DNA of 64,000 nt from Flavobacteriales bacterium (GTDB taxonomy: Bacteria > Bacteroidota > Bacteroidia > Flavobacteriales_F > PHOS-HE28): contig JAEUSY010000013.1 of NCBI GenBank assembly GCA_016788295.1, positions 1,862 to 65,861 on the forward strand, in the 5' to 3' direction. Shown piece by piece: positions 56,448 to 64,000 of this stretch. Under the pieces are notes generated by a model that was not told where the DNA came from, did not search any database, and saw nothing but the letters and a program-made list of their open reading frames with translations. The translations under genes were made by a program, and so were the position numbers. Position 1 is the stretch's first letter. Every line of letters begins with the position of its first letter.

Positions 56448-58634
56448 ATGTTGCGCATCATCCATCGCCTGCTGTTCTCTGCACTGCTGCTGATCACCCT
56501 TCCGCTGGCCGCACAGCAACAACTGCTGTTGCGCGATGCCGTGCTGAAAGCGGGCACCGACCTGGCCCCGGACCGCATGCGCGGCCTGCAATGGATAAAA
56601 GATGCGGCCAACTACAGCTATGTGACCAAGGAGAACGTGCTGATGCGCGGCGCCCTCGGTAAATCGATGGACGGCCCCATCACCGACCTGACCAAGCTGA
56701 ACAAACAATTCCCCGATAGCGCCCAACTGAAAGCATTTCCCGCGATCACATGGGCCGATGCCACGCACTTCCGCTTCATGCACATGCAACGGCTGTATGC
56801 GTACGACACCGGCGATGGCACAGTGAAGCCACTGACGGTGCTTGTGAGCGGCACGGAGAACGAGGATGTGGAACCGAACACGGGCGCCATTGCCTTTACC
56901 AAAGACAACGACCTCTACATCAAACGGCCCGGCGTGGGCAAGAACCTGCCAACGCGCATCACAACGGATGGCAGCGACGGGATCGTGAACGGGCATAGCG
57001 TGCACCGCCAGGAATATGGCATCACCAAGGGCACCTTCTGGAGCCCGAAAGGCAACCTGCTCGCCTACTACCGCATGGACGAAAGCATGGTAACGCCCTA
57101 CCAACTGGAGGACATCAGCACCCGGCCGAGCACTTTCAACAAGATCCGCTACCCCATGGCCGGGCAGAACAGCCACCACGTGACCGTGGGCGTGCACGAC
57201 CTGCAAACTGGCAATACCGTGGTGCTGAAGACCGACGGTGCCGCGGACGATTACCTCACCAACATCAGCTGGAGCGCCGATGAACGGTATGTGCATGTGG
57301 TACACTTGGACCGCAAGACCGAGAACCTGCGGCTGGTGCGCTACGATGCGCGCACAGGAGCAGCACTGGGCACCTTGCTCACCGAGCATGACGCCAAATA
57401 CCTGGAACCCGAACACCCGGCCCTGTTCCTAAAGAGCCGTCCGGAACAATACCTGTGGATAAGTGACCGCAACGGCTGGGACCACGTGTACCTCTACGAT
57501 GCGAAGAAAGGCCTGGTGCGCCAGCTGACCGATGGTGCTTGGAACGTGAAAGGGTTCATTGGACTGGACCCGCAGGAAGGAACTCTTTACCTGGAAGGCA
57601 CGGGCACCATTGTACCCGGCAACCCGGTGGGCGCCACTGAAACGCACCTCTACCGCGTGGAGCTGGCCAGCCGCAAGACCCAACGCCTCACCACCGAACC
57701 AGGGACACACCACGGCATGCTGAGCTACGATGGCACGGTGCTGATCGACAACTGGAGCAGCACCACCGTACCGGGCCGGATCGAGCTGCGCGATGCACGT
57801 ACTGGAGCCACCACCAAGACCCTGCTGAACTCGCGCGATCCGCTGAGCGGCTACACCGTGGGCACCATCGAGACCCTGAACATCCTGGGCGAGAACGGTG
57901 ACCGCTTGGTCGCACGCATGATCAAGCCGAGCAACTTCAACGAGAAACAGAAATATCCCGTGCTGATCTACGTATACAACGGTCCGCACGTGCAGTTGAT
58001 CACCAACTCCTTCCTGTCCGGAGCATCTCATTGGATGCTGGAAGCCGCAGAGCGCGGATACATCGTGTGGACCGTGGACGGGCATGGCAGCGGCAACCGG
58101 GGCAAGGCCTTTGAACAGGCCATCCATCGCCAACTGGGCATCACAGAGGTGAAGGACCAGATGCGTGGTGTGGAATTCCTGAAGAGCCTGCCCTATGTGG
58201 ACGGAGACCGGATCGCGGTGCACGGCTGGAGCTTCGGCGGCCACATGACCACCGCCATGCTCACGCGCCATCCCGGCGTGTTCAAAGTGGGTGTGGCCGG
58301 CGGCCCGGTCATGGATTGGGGCCTCTACGAAGTGATGTACACCGAACGCTACATGGACACCCCGGCCGAGAACGCCGATGGCTATGCGGCCACCGCACTG
58401 CCTCCCATGGCTGATAAACTGCAGGATGATCTTCTACTGATCACCGGCGGCGCCGATGATGTGGTGCTACCCCAGCACAGCCTGTCATTCATCAAGGCAT
58501 GCGTGGCGAAGAACATCCCCGTGGATTTCTTCGACTACCCCGGCCATGGTCACAATGTGCGTGGCAAGGACCGGCTGCACCTCATGGAGAAAGTATTGCG
58601 CTATATCGATGCGCGCATGCTTCCCCAACGATGA
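56448..58634 (+). CDS. S9 family peptidase, dipeptidyl-peptidase IV-like
   Basis: Signal peptide MLRIIHRLLFSALLLITLPLAAQ. DPP-IV beta-propeller region. Catalytic GWSFGG, and the D/H region (ITGGADDVV, GHGHN). Confidence 0.85.
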   Translation: MLRIIHRLLFSALLLITLPLAAQQQLLLRDAVLKAGTDLAPDRMRGLQWIKDAANYSYVTKENVLMRGALGKSMDGPITDLTKLNKQFPDSAQLKAFPAITWADATHFRFMHMQRLYAYDTGDGTVKPLTVLVSGTENEDVEPNTGAIAFTKDNDLYIKRPGVGKNLPTRITTDGSDGIVNGHSVHRQEYGITKGTFWSPKGNLLAYYRMDESMVTPYQLEDISTRPSTFNKIRYPMAGQNSHHVTVGVHDLQTGNTVVLKTDGAADDYLTNISWSADERYVHVVHLDRKTENLRLVRYDARTGAALGTLLTEHDAKYLEPEHPALFLKSRPEQYLWISDRNGWDHVYLYDAKKGLVRQLTDGAWNVKGFIGLDPQEGTLYLEGTGTIVPGNPVGATETHLYRVELASRKTQRLTTEPGTHHGMLSYDGTVLIDNWSSTTVPGRIELRDARTGATTKTLLNSRDPLSGYTVGTIETLNILGENGDRLVARMIKPSNFNEKQKYPVLIYVYNGPHVQLITNSFLSGASHWMLEAAERGYIVWTVDGHGSGNRGKAFEQAIHRQLGITEVKDQMRGVEFLKSLPYVDGDRIAVHGWSFGGHMTTAMLTRHPGVFKVGVAGGPVMDWGLYEVMYTERYMDTPAENADGYAATALPPMADKLQDDLLLITGGADDVVLPQHSLSFIKACVAKNIPVDFFDYPGHGHNVRGKDRLHLMEKVLRYIDARMLPQR

Positions 58635-58675
58635 CACGACTGATCAAAACACGAACTCAAACACTCCCTACGTAC

Positions 58676-59296
58676 ATGAAACAACTCGTTACTCTTCTTT
58701 TCTGCGTGCCCTTCCTGGCACAGGCCCAAGTGATCCACAACGTGCAGGTGGGCGGCAGCACCGCGGGTGGAACCCCTCCGTTCTACAACCCACAGAACCT
58801 CACCATCAGCGTGGGCGATATCGTGCGCTGGACGAACACTTCGGGCACGCACAACGTGAACGGCAACACGTCGTTGTTCCCCGCCAATCCACAGAGCTTC
58901 AGCTCAGGCAATCCGCAGAGCGGTGGATGGACCTTCGAGTTCACCTTCACCATTGCCGGTGTGTACAACTACCATTGCACCCAACAAGGGCACTCGGCCA
59001 CGCAGTTCGGCAGCATCACCGTCCTTAACCCTACTGTTGTCGAAGAGAATTCACAGACCGAGGACATCCTGCTCTTCCCTGTGCCTGCCAATGACCAACT
59101 GACCGTGCTCTTCGGCACCCAACGTGTGGACCGCGCTGAGCTGATCGCACTGGATGGACGCACCATGCTTTCGGTGAACACCGCCGGCACCGACCGCGCC
59201 GTGCTGGCCACAAGCGCGCTCTCCTCCGGCCACTACATGCTGCGTCTCTACACGGCTGAAGGGACGATGATCAGCCGCGCGTTCTACAAGGACTAA
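58676..59296 (+). CDS. Cupredoxin-like (blue-copper) protein with T9SS type-A C-terminal sorting domain
   Basis: Signal peptide MKQLVTLLFCVPFLAQA. Cupredoxin-like ligand region GTHNV...YNYHCTQQGH. C-terminus ILLFPVPANDQLTVLF...SGHYMLRLYTAEG matches Por_Secre_tail. Confidence 0.65.
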   Translation: MKQLVTLLFCVPFLAQAQVIHNVQVGGSTAGGTPPFYNPQNLTISVGDIVRWTNTSGTHNVNGNTSLFPANPQSFSSGNPQSGGWTFEFTFTIAGVYNYHCTQQGHSATQFGSITVLNPTVVEENSQTEDILLFPVPANDQLTVLFGTQRVDRAELIALDGRTMLSVNTAGTDRAVLATSALSSGHYMLRLYTAEGTMISRAFYKD

Positions 59297-59300
59297 GGGC

Positions 59301-60515
59301 TCAGGGTGTACGCACTACCCGCACCACCTCGCGGTGGCCGGGGCGATCGAGCACCACGGCGTAGGTGCCGGGTGCCACACCCTCCAACGGAATGCGGAAG
59401 GCCTGCTTGCCCGGTGCGAGCAGGCCTTCGTGCATCAGGGCCACTTCGTGACCAAGTGCATCAACAAGGGCGATGCGGACACGGTTGTGTTCAGTGGTCT
59501 CCACCCAGAGCGTGCTGCTGGCTTCCGTTGGGTTGGGATAGGCCGATAGCCTGAACAGGGGCGCGATGGTCATCTGCTCCACACCTTGCGGGACCTCCAC
59601 AGGCACGGCCAATGTGGCCAATCCGCCAACAGCCAGCTTGGCCAGCTTCTCGAAATACGGCACATCGAAATATTCCACCCTGTCGTTCGGCGTGTGATAG
59701 TAGGGATTACCATCGTTGCCGAAATCCTCGATCACCAGAACGGCACCATAGCCCTCGTTCCAAAAGGAGGCATGGTCGCTGTAGGTGGCGCCGGGGTTGG
59801 TCAGCACCAGGTCCAGATCAATGTCGTAGTGGGCTTTCACAGCAAACAGCGTATCGCCGATCTCAAAGGAGTTGCCCACGGGACGCACGTGCACACGGGC
59901 CCGTTTATCGCCATTACCATCCCATGCGATGGCATCCATATTGATCACACCCCTTAATAGCTCGTCATTGCTGGCAAGACCTGCTGCCTGATAGGCACTT
60001 CCAACAAGGCCCTGCTCCTCCTCATCCCAAAGCGCGAAAATGATGGTGTGCTCGAACTGAACATCGTGCAGTACACGGGCGGCCTCCAACAAAGCGGCCA
60101 CTCCGCTCCCATTGTCATCTGCCGCAGGGGCGGCTACATTGCCACCGGGCATGGCATCGTAGTGCGCACCAAGGATCATGGGGTACGCACCCGGCACGGT
60201 GCCCGGCTTCGTGACCAGGATGTTCTTTCCGGAACTGCTCCACATTTGAACCGTGGGCGTGTAGCCGAACTGGGTAAGCTTGCGCTCAAGCCAGGCCTGT
60301 GACAAGGCATTGCCTGCGTTGTTCTTGTGCCGGCTCACTATGGTCTCAGGACCAGCGCCAAGATCGATAGGCACCTCGCCTGTGAGCTCGTTGACGTACA
60401 CCATCATCGAGTCGATGCGCATGGCATCGAGCACGGCCTGCACAACGGGGTTCTGGGCAGAGACCGCCAATACGGTCGACAACGAAATACCGAGGGCGGC
60501 AGCACGGAGCATCAT
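59301..60515 (-). CDS. M28 family Zn-aminopeptidase with T9SS type-A C-terminal sorting domain
   Basis: Signal peptide. M28 metal-binding motifs (GAHYDAMPG, DDNGSGVAALLE, WDEEEQGLVGS, YHTPNDR). C-terminus RLSAYPNPTEASSTLWV...PGTYAVVL. Confidence 0.8.
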   Translation of the reverse strand: MMLRAAALGISLSTVLAVSAQNPVVQAVLDAMRIDSMMVYVNELTGEVPIDLGAGPETIVSRHKNNAGNALSQAWLERKLTQFGYTPTVQMWSSSGKNILVTKPGTVPGAYPMILGAHYDAMPGGNVAAPAADDNGSGVAALLEAARVLHDVQFEHTIIFALWDEEEQGLVGSAYQAAGLASNDELLRGVINMDAIAWDGNGDKRARVHVRPVGNSFEIGDTLFAVKAHYDIDLDLVLTNPGATYSDHASFWNEGYGAVLVIEDFGNDGNPYYHTPNDRVEYFDVPYFEKLAKLAVGGLATLAVPVEVPQGVEQMTIAPLFRLSAYPNPTEASSTLWVETTEHNRVRIALVDALGHEVALMHEGLLAPGKQAFRIPLEGVAPGTYAVVLDRPGHREVVRVVRTP

Positions 60516-60554
60516 GCCTCAAATGTAGCCAAGCGCCCGTGGCACCGCAGTACC

Positions 60555-62549
60555 CTAAAGCACCACCACCCGCTCCACGAAGTTGCGCGATGCAGTGCGC
60601 ACTACCACCAGATACGTGGCACTTCGCTGGGGCAAGGTCATCTGCCAGTTGCGCGCACCGCTGGGTACGTACTTGGCCACGGATGCACCCTTCATATCGA
60701 ACACCTCGATACCAGTAATGCGGTCGCTAATGCCTTCTATCCGCAATTGGCCATCACGTACCGGGTTCGGGAAGATCCGCACACCCAGTTCGCGCAGGTC
60801 ATCAATATTCACCGACAGGTCCGTGAGCTCCACTTCCTTCACCAGTACCGGAGTGCCATCCGCAGCTTCGAACATGGTGCGGAACGCATCGATCTCAGGC
60901 GTGTTGAACGCGAACATTTCCTCCATCCAGCGCGGCGGTGCACTTTGGTACCACACCTTGGCGGTAATGGTGATCAGTCCCGTGTAGCCGTTCATGGGTA
61001 CCTGGTAGTGAACGATGTCGGTGCCACTTCCCTCGGTGCCGTTGACATAACGGTTGAAATCAACATCGGTACCCGGCACACCAGCGATCACCGTGGTATC
61101 GTAGCTCAGGTGGCTGGTGGAGAAACCCAATGGGGCCAGACGATTATCCTTCAGCGGGGTCTTGGCGCGCTCCAACACGGTGGTCTTGTTGTTGTTCACA
61201 TCGCCCATCACCATTTCATAGATCTGCGCCTGATCGGGCGATGTGATCACATCGTGGTGCGGCTCCCAGTCCTCGTCATGGCCCACCACCTCGTACGTTG
61301 GGTCCCAATTGCCACTGCGGAAGAGCGTATTTCCCGCCGCATCGCGGACATGCAGTTCAACGAACGCACGCCGAGCCGGATAGCCCGATGGGAATTTGTG
61401 ACCGGCCAGGTTGGTCAGCTGCACATCAATGGAAGCGAGATCGGCGGAACGGTCCACCACGGTGGCATCCAATAACAAGGTGTTCTGCTGAAGCAACTGC
61501 TCGGTCCAGGTAATGGAGCTGTCGAACTGGGCACTGGTGGCTTTAAGGCCCAAGGCCGTGCTGTTCTGCTGCAACAGTTTCAGCATGAAGCTGTTTCCCC
61601 CTACCATTTGGTGCAGCCCATATGGCGAACGATGGAAATCCGGGTTCGTCACCAGGAAGTCGTACAAGGCACTAATGGCGATGCCTTCATAGAGGCGCGG
61701 CATGTGACACCCCTGGCAAGTCACGCCGTTCTCGGGATCAGCATCCGTGTTGAAAGAGGAATTGAGCCACTCATGATAGGTGGCCTGTTCCACGAAGTGA
61801 TCACCGGTAAGGTTGCCTTCCAGATCGGCGGTCTCGGTGATCAATGTGTGGCAGCCCGCACACAGGCCGGCCCGTGTAACGTGCGCACCATACACGGGAT
61901 CATATCCGACAAAATTCGACATGGGCGCACCGAACAGGTTCTCTGCATCGTAGGGTCCATAGACCACGTTGTTCGTATCGAACTTCAGTGCTCCGGAGAA
62001 GATCAGCCCTGCACTGTCGGCCCCTTGCATGTGGCACGCCAGGCAGCTCACACCATCGAGCGCCAAGGGGTCCTGCTCCATTTCGGCAATGCTGTAGTGC
62101 CCGCCGTTGCTCAGGAACTTGTCATAACGGCCCAAGGGAGCATGACACGAGGTGCACTTGTCCTCCAGCCCGGCCTGATGCCCTGGGTTCACGGACACCT
62201 CATGACTCACTTTGGCGCGCCAGAAGGGATCCTTGGCCGAATTACCCATCATTGATGAGCGCCATTGGTCGGCGGGGTTCACATCGACACCCGCTGCAGT
62301 GCGGTTCGCGTAGGGGAAGGTCTCGTCCTTTCCATGGCAGCCGCTACAGTTCCCACTTGCCACGAAAAAGTTATTGGTCCCGATCGGCAGATCAAGTCCT
62401 GCTCCACGGAACTCCTCCAGTTCCTGTGCGCTGTGGTAGGCATGCGCATTGGGCACACGACCATTGGTCCAAGCAACAAAAAGCCCCACGGTACCAAGCA
62501 CTCCGAAGAGAATGGCGGCCTTGGAAGCGAGCGTAAAAGACTTCAACAT
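60555..62549 (-). CDS. Pentaheme c-type cytochrome with T9SS type-A C-terminal sorting domain
   Basis: Start placed at MLKSFTLASKAAILFGVLG (signal/TM segment), coordinate good to about 1 nt. The upstream 179 aa of ORF 60555..63086 are read-through into the neighbouring gene. Five CxxCH motifs (CSGCH, CTSCH, CLACH, CAGCH, CQGCH). C-terminus RIFPNPVRDGQLRIEGI...TYLVVV. Confidence 0.75.
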   Translation of the reverse strand: MLKSFTLASKAAILFGVLGTVGLFVAWTNGRVPNAHAYHSAQELEEFRGAGLDLPIGTNNFFVASGNCSGCHGKDETFPYANRTAAGVDVNPADQWRSSMMGNSAKDPFWRAKVSHEVSVNPGHQAGLEDKCTSCHAPLGRYDKFLSNGGHYSIAEMEQDPLALDGVSCLACHMQGADSAGLIFSGALKFDTNNVVYGPYDAENLFGAPMSNFVGYDPVYGAHVTRAGLCAGCHTLITETADLEGNLTGDHFVEQATYHEWLNSSFNTDADPENGVTCQGCHMPRLYEGIAISALYDFLVTNPDFHRSPYGLHQMVGGNSFMLKLLQQNSTALGLKATSAQFDSSITWTEQLLQQNTLLLDATVVDRSADLASIDVQLTNLAGHKFPSGYPARRAFVELHVRDAAGNTLFRSGNWDPTYEVVGHDEDWEPHHDVITSPDQAQIYEMVMGDVNNNKTTVLERAKTPLKDNRLAPLGFSTSHLSYDTTVIAGVPGTDVDFNRYVNGTEGSGTDIVHYQVPMNGYTGLITITAKVWYQSAPPRWMEEMFAFNTPEIDAFRTMFEAADGTPVLVKEVELTDLSVNIDDLRELGVRIFPNPVRDGQLRIEGISDRITGIEVFDMKGASVAKYVPSGARNWQMTLPQRSATYLVVVRTASRNFVERVVVL

Positions 62550-62691
62550 GGGATCTACTTGCAGGTTGCCCGCAATGTACAGCAAGCGGTAACAGCGCTG
62601 CTGACCAACATCAGCGACATCCTCGCAACCCCGGAACAAAAAAGACCCGACCGAGGTTCGGCCGGGTCTTTCAACTTGATTCTTTAAAGGC

Positions 62692-63258
62692 CTAGCTGCC
62701 GCGCTGGGCGCTCTTGCGCATGGTGGCCGCCTTGGGCTTCGATCCAACGGCTGCCTTGGGCGCAGCGGCCTTCTTGGCCACGGCATCAGAGGCGGCCTTC
62801 TTCGGCGCACCTTCCTTGGCGGCCTTGGGCTTGCCCTTGGACTTATCCTCTGCTTCGGCAGGCTCTTCGGCCTTGGCGGCCAACAGACCGGCCTTCTGCA
62901 ATTGCTCGTACCAGCCAAAGAGTTTGCGCACATCGCTGGGGTAGATCCGCTCGCGATCATGTTCGGGCAGCACTTGGCCAAGTTTGGCGAAGAGTTCATC
63001 CACTGTTGCCGTTCTGGCATCCAGGCTCGGGCCACCCTTCTCCAGTTCGAAGAGCCCTTCGAGCACTTTCGACAAAGGCACATCATCGCCCGTGGTGAAC
63101 ATGCTGATCTCGTCCAACGCGCTCACACGAACGCTGGCGTGCACAGGCGTGCGCTTGCCATCAAGGAGCGATTCCACGATCAGTGCTTGGCGGCCTTGGG
63201 CCACAACTCGGTGCAGACCCTGGCGGCCTGCAATGGTGATGATCTTACTGATGTCCAT
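62692..63258 (-). CDS. DUF5606 family protein with Lys/Ala-rich histone-H1-like C-terminal tail
   Basis: N-terminus MDISKIITIAGRQGLHRVVAQGRQALIVESLLDGKRTPV matches the Bacteroidota DUF5606 pattern. The C-terminal 60 aa are KKAA/PKAA repeats. Confidence 0.7.
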   Translation of the reverse strand: MDISKIITIAGRQGLHRVVAQGRQALIVESLLDGKRTPVHASVRVSALDEISMFTTGDDVPLSKVLEGLFELEKGGPSLDARTATVDELFAKLGQVLPEHDRERIYPSDVRKLFGWYEQLQKAGLLAAKAEEPAEAEDKSKGKPKAAKEGAPKKAASDAVAKKAAAPKAAVGSKPKAATMRKSAQRGS

Positions 63259-63296
63259 TCGAAAGGTTCGGTGGTCAAAGCTAACACACGGGCCGA

Positions 63297-64000
63297 TCAG
63301 GTCTTCTGTTTCCGCTTGCGTGCCGCCGGAAAGAGGATGTTGTTCAGGATCAACCGGTATCCGGCCGAGTTGGGATGCAGGCTCAGGTCGGTGGGCGGAT
63401 CGCCTACCATGTGCTGATAGTCCTCCGGGTCGTGGCCCCCAAAAAAGGTCCACTGGCCCAGGCCGAACTCACCATGGATGTATTTCACAGTGCCCTGCGC
63501 CTTGTTCTCGCCCATCACCGTTACGCCGGGTTTCACCAGGCTTTTACGGAATGCCGTGGTCTGGCCCATGAAACCACGCACCACCTGCTCATGGCTTTGG
63601 CACAGCATGGTGGGCACGATGTCCCACTTCGCGCTGAAATCGAACAGCGTGAAGAAGTCGCGCATCTGCCCGATGTTGGCATGCAGATCCGTCGCATCGA
63701 TGTTGCTGAACTCGTACACATTGGGGTCGGTCACCAAGCGGAAATCACGGAAGGCGAACGTTCGCCCGAAGTCGATGTGCTGCTGTGCCGCGGGATCAAT
63801 GGGGTCGTGATCGAACTCGGGGGTGCAGATGTCCACACCTTCGGCGGCCAAGGCAATGTCATAACTGTCCGTACCTGAGCACATGGTGAAGAGGTAACCG
63901 CCACCGGCCACGTAATCGCGGATCTTCAAGGCAACGGCCAGTTTCATCTGGCTCACCTTCGCGAAACCCAGCGACGCGGCCATAGCCTCGCTTTCGCGCA
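63297..64000 (-). CDS. Hypothetical protein, C-terminal part (gene continues past the window end)
   Basis: ORF open to the window edge. No confident family assignment. Possibly a class-I amidotransferase-like fold (GGGYLFTMCSG); this is only a guess. Confidence 0.35.
   Translation of the reverse strand, partial: RESEAMAASLGFAKVSQMKLAVALKIRDYVAGGGYLFTMCSGTDSYDIALAAEGVDICTPEFDHDPIDPAAQQHIDFGRTFAFRDFRLVTDPNVYEFSNIDATDLHANIGQMRDFFTLFDFSAKWDIVPTMLCQSHEQVVRGFMGQTTAFRKSLVKPGVTVMGENKAQGTVKYIHGEFGLGQWTFFGGHDPEDYQHMVGDPPTDLSLHPNSAGYRLILNNILFPAARKRKQKT

Noticed and set aside
58499-58675. Upstream extension of the cupredoxin ORF
   Set aside because: It overlaps the S9 peptidase 3' end. A clear signal peptide starts at the internal MKQLVTLLF.
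62550-63086. N-terminal 179-aa extension of the multiheme cytochrome ORF (ORF 60555..63086)
   Set aside because: The Pro/Arg-rich, nonsense-like sequence overlaps the DUF5606 gene in another frame. The cytochrome almost certainly starts at the internal MLKSFT signal sequence.

Overview
This 64-kb window is a high-GC Bacteroidota-type chromosome segment; DUF2851, DUF5606, a fused SecDF, GlnN type III and many T9SS C-terminal sorting domains support that placement. It is gene-dense and mostly housekeeping on the minus strand up to about 19.4 kb. In order: an acyl-CoA dehydrogenase fragment, apt, a ComEA-like protein, an NSS transporter with a small overlapping ORF, rfbD, a 2TM K+ channel, a PspC-domain protein, DUF2851, pyrF, prfA, purM, an OmpA/TPR/beta-propeller protein, glnN, a CaCA antiporter, tatA and secDF. 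The striking region is 23.0-42.8 kb. An ECF sigma factor gene is followed by a membrane-anchored anti-sigma-like protein that carries a PKD domain and a T9SS type-B C-terminal domain. Three tandem paralogous giant secreted proteins come next, each with a CUB-like N-domain, a proprotein-convertase P-domain, an unassigned 'FGDGWNGG' module, SprB-like Cys repeats, a PKD domain and a T9SS type-B C-terminal domain. The third paralog is about 3270 aa and holds about 27 tandem 79-aa repeats. Ten of those repeat units are near-identical at the DNA level (237-bp period), and a single in-frame TAA at 37203-37205 splits the gene. The second half has gyrB, an outer-membrane barrel protein, a 1039-aa TPR protein, ftsE, two glycosyltransferases, murB, a di-heme cytochrome c peroxidase lipoprotein and an S9 DPP-IV-like peptidase. 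It ends with three T9SS type-A cargo proteins (a cupredoxin, an M28 peptidase and a pentaheme cytochrome c), a DUF5606 protein with a histone-H1-like tail, and a partial gene at the window end. I saw no rRNA, tRNA, CRISPR array or mobile element. Because the DNA is GC-rich, long antisense ORFs are common and were rejected.
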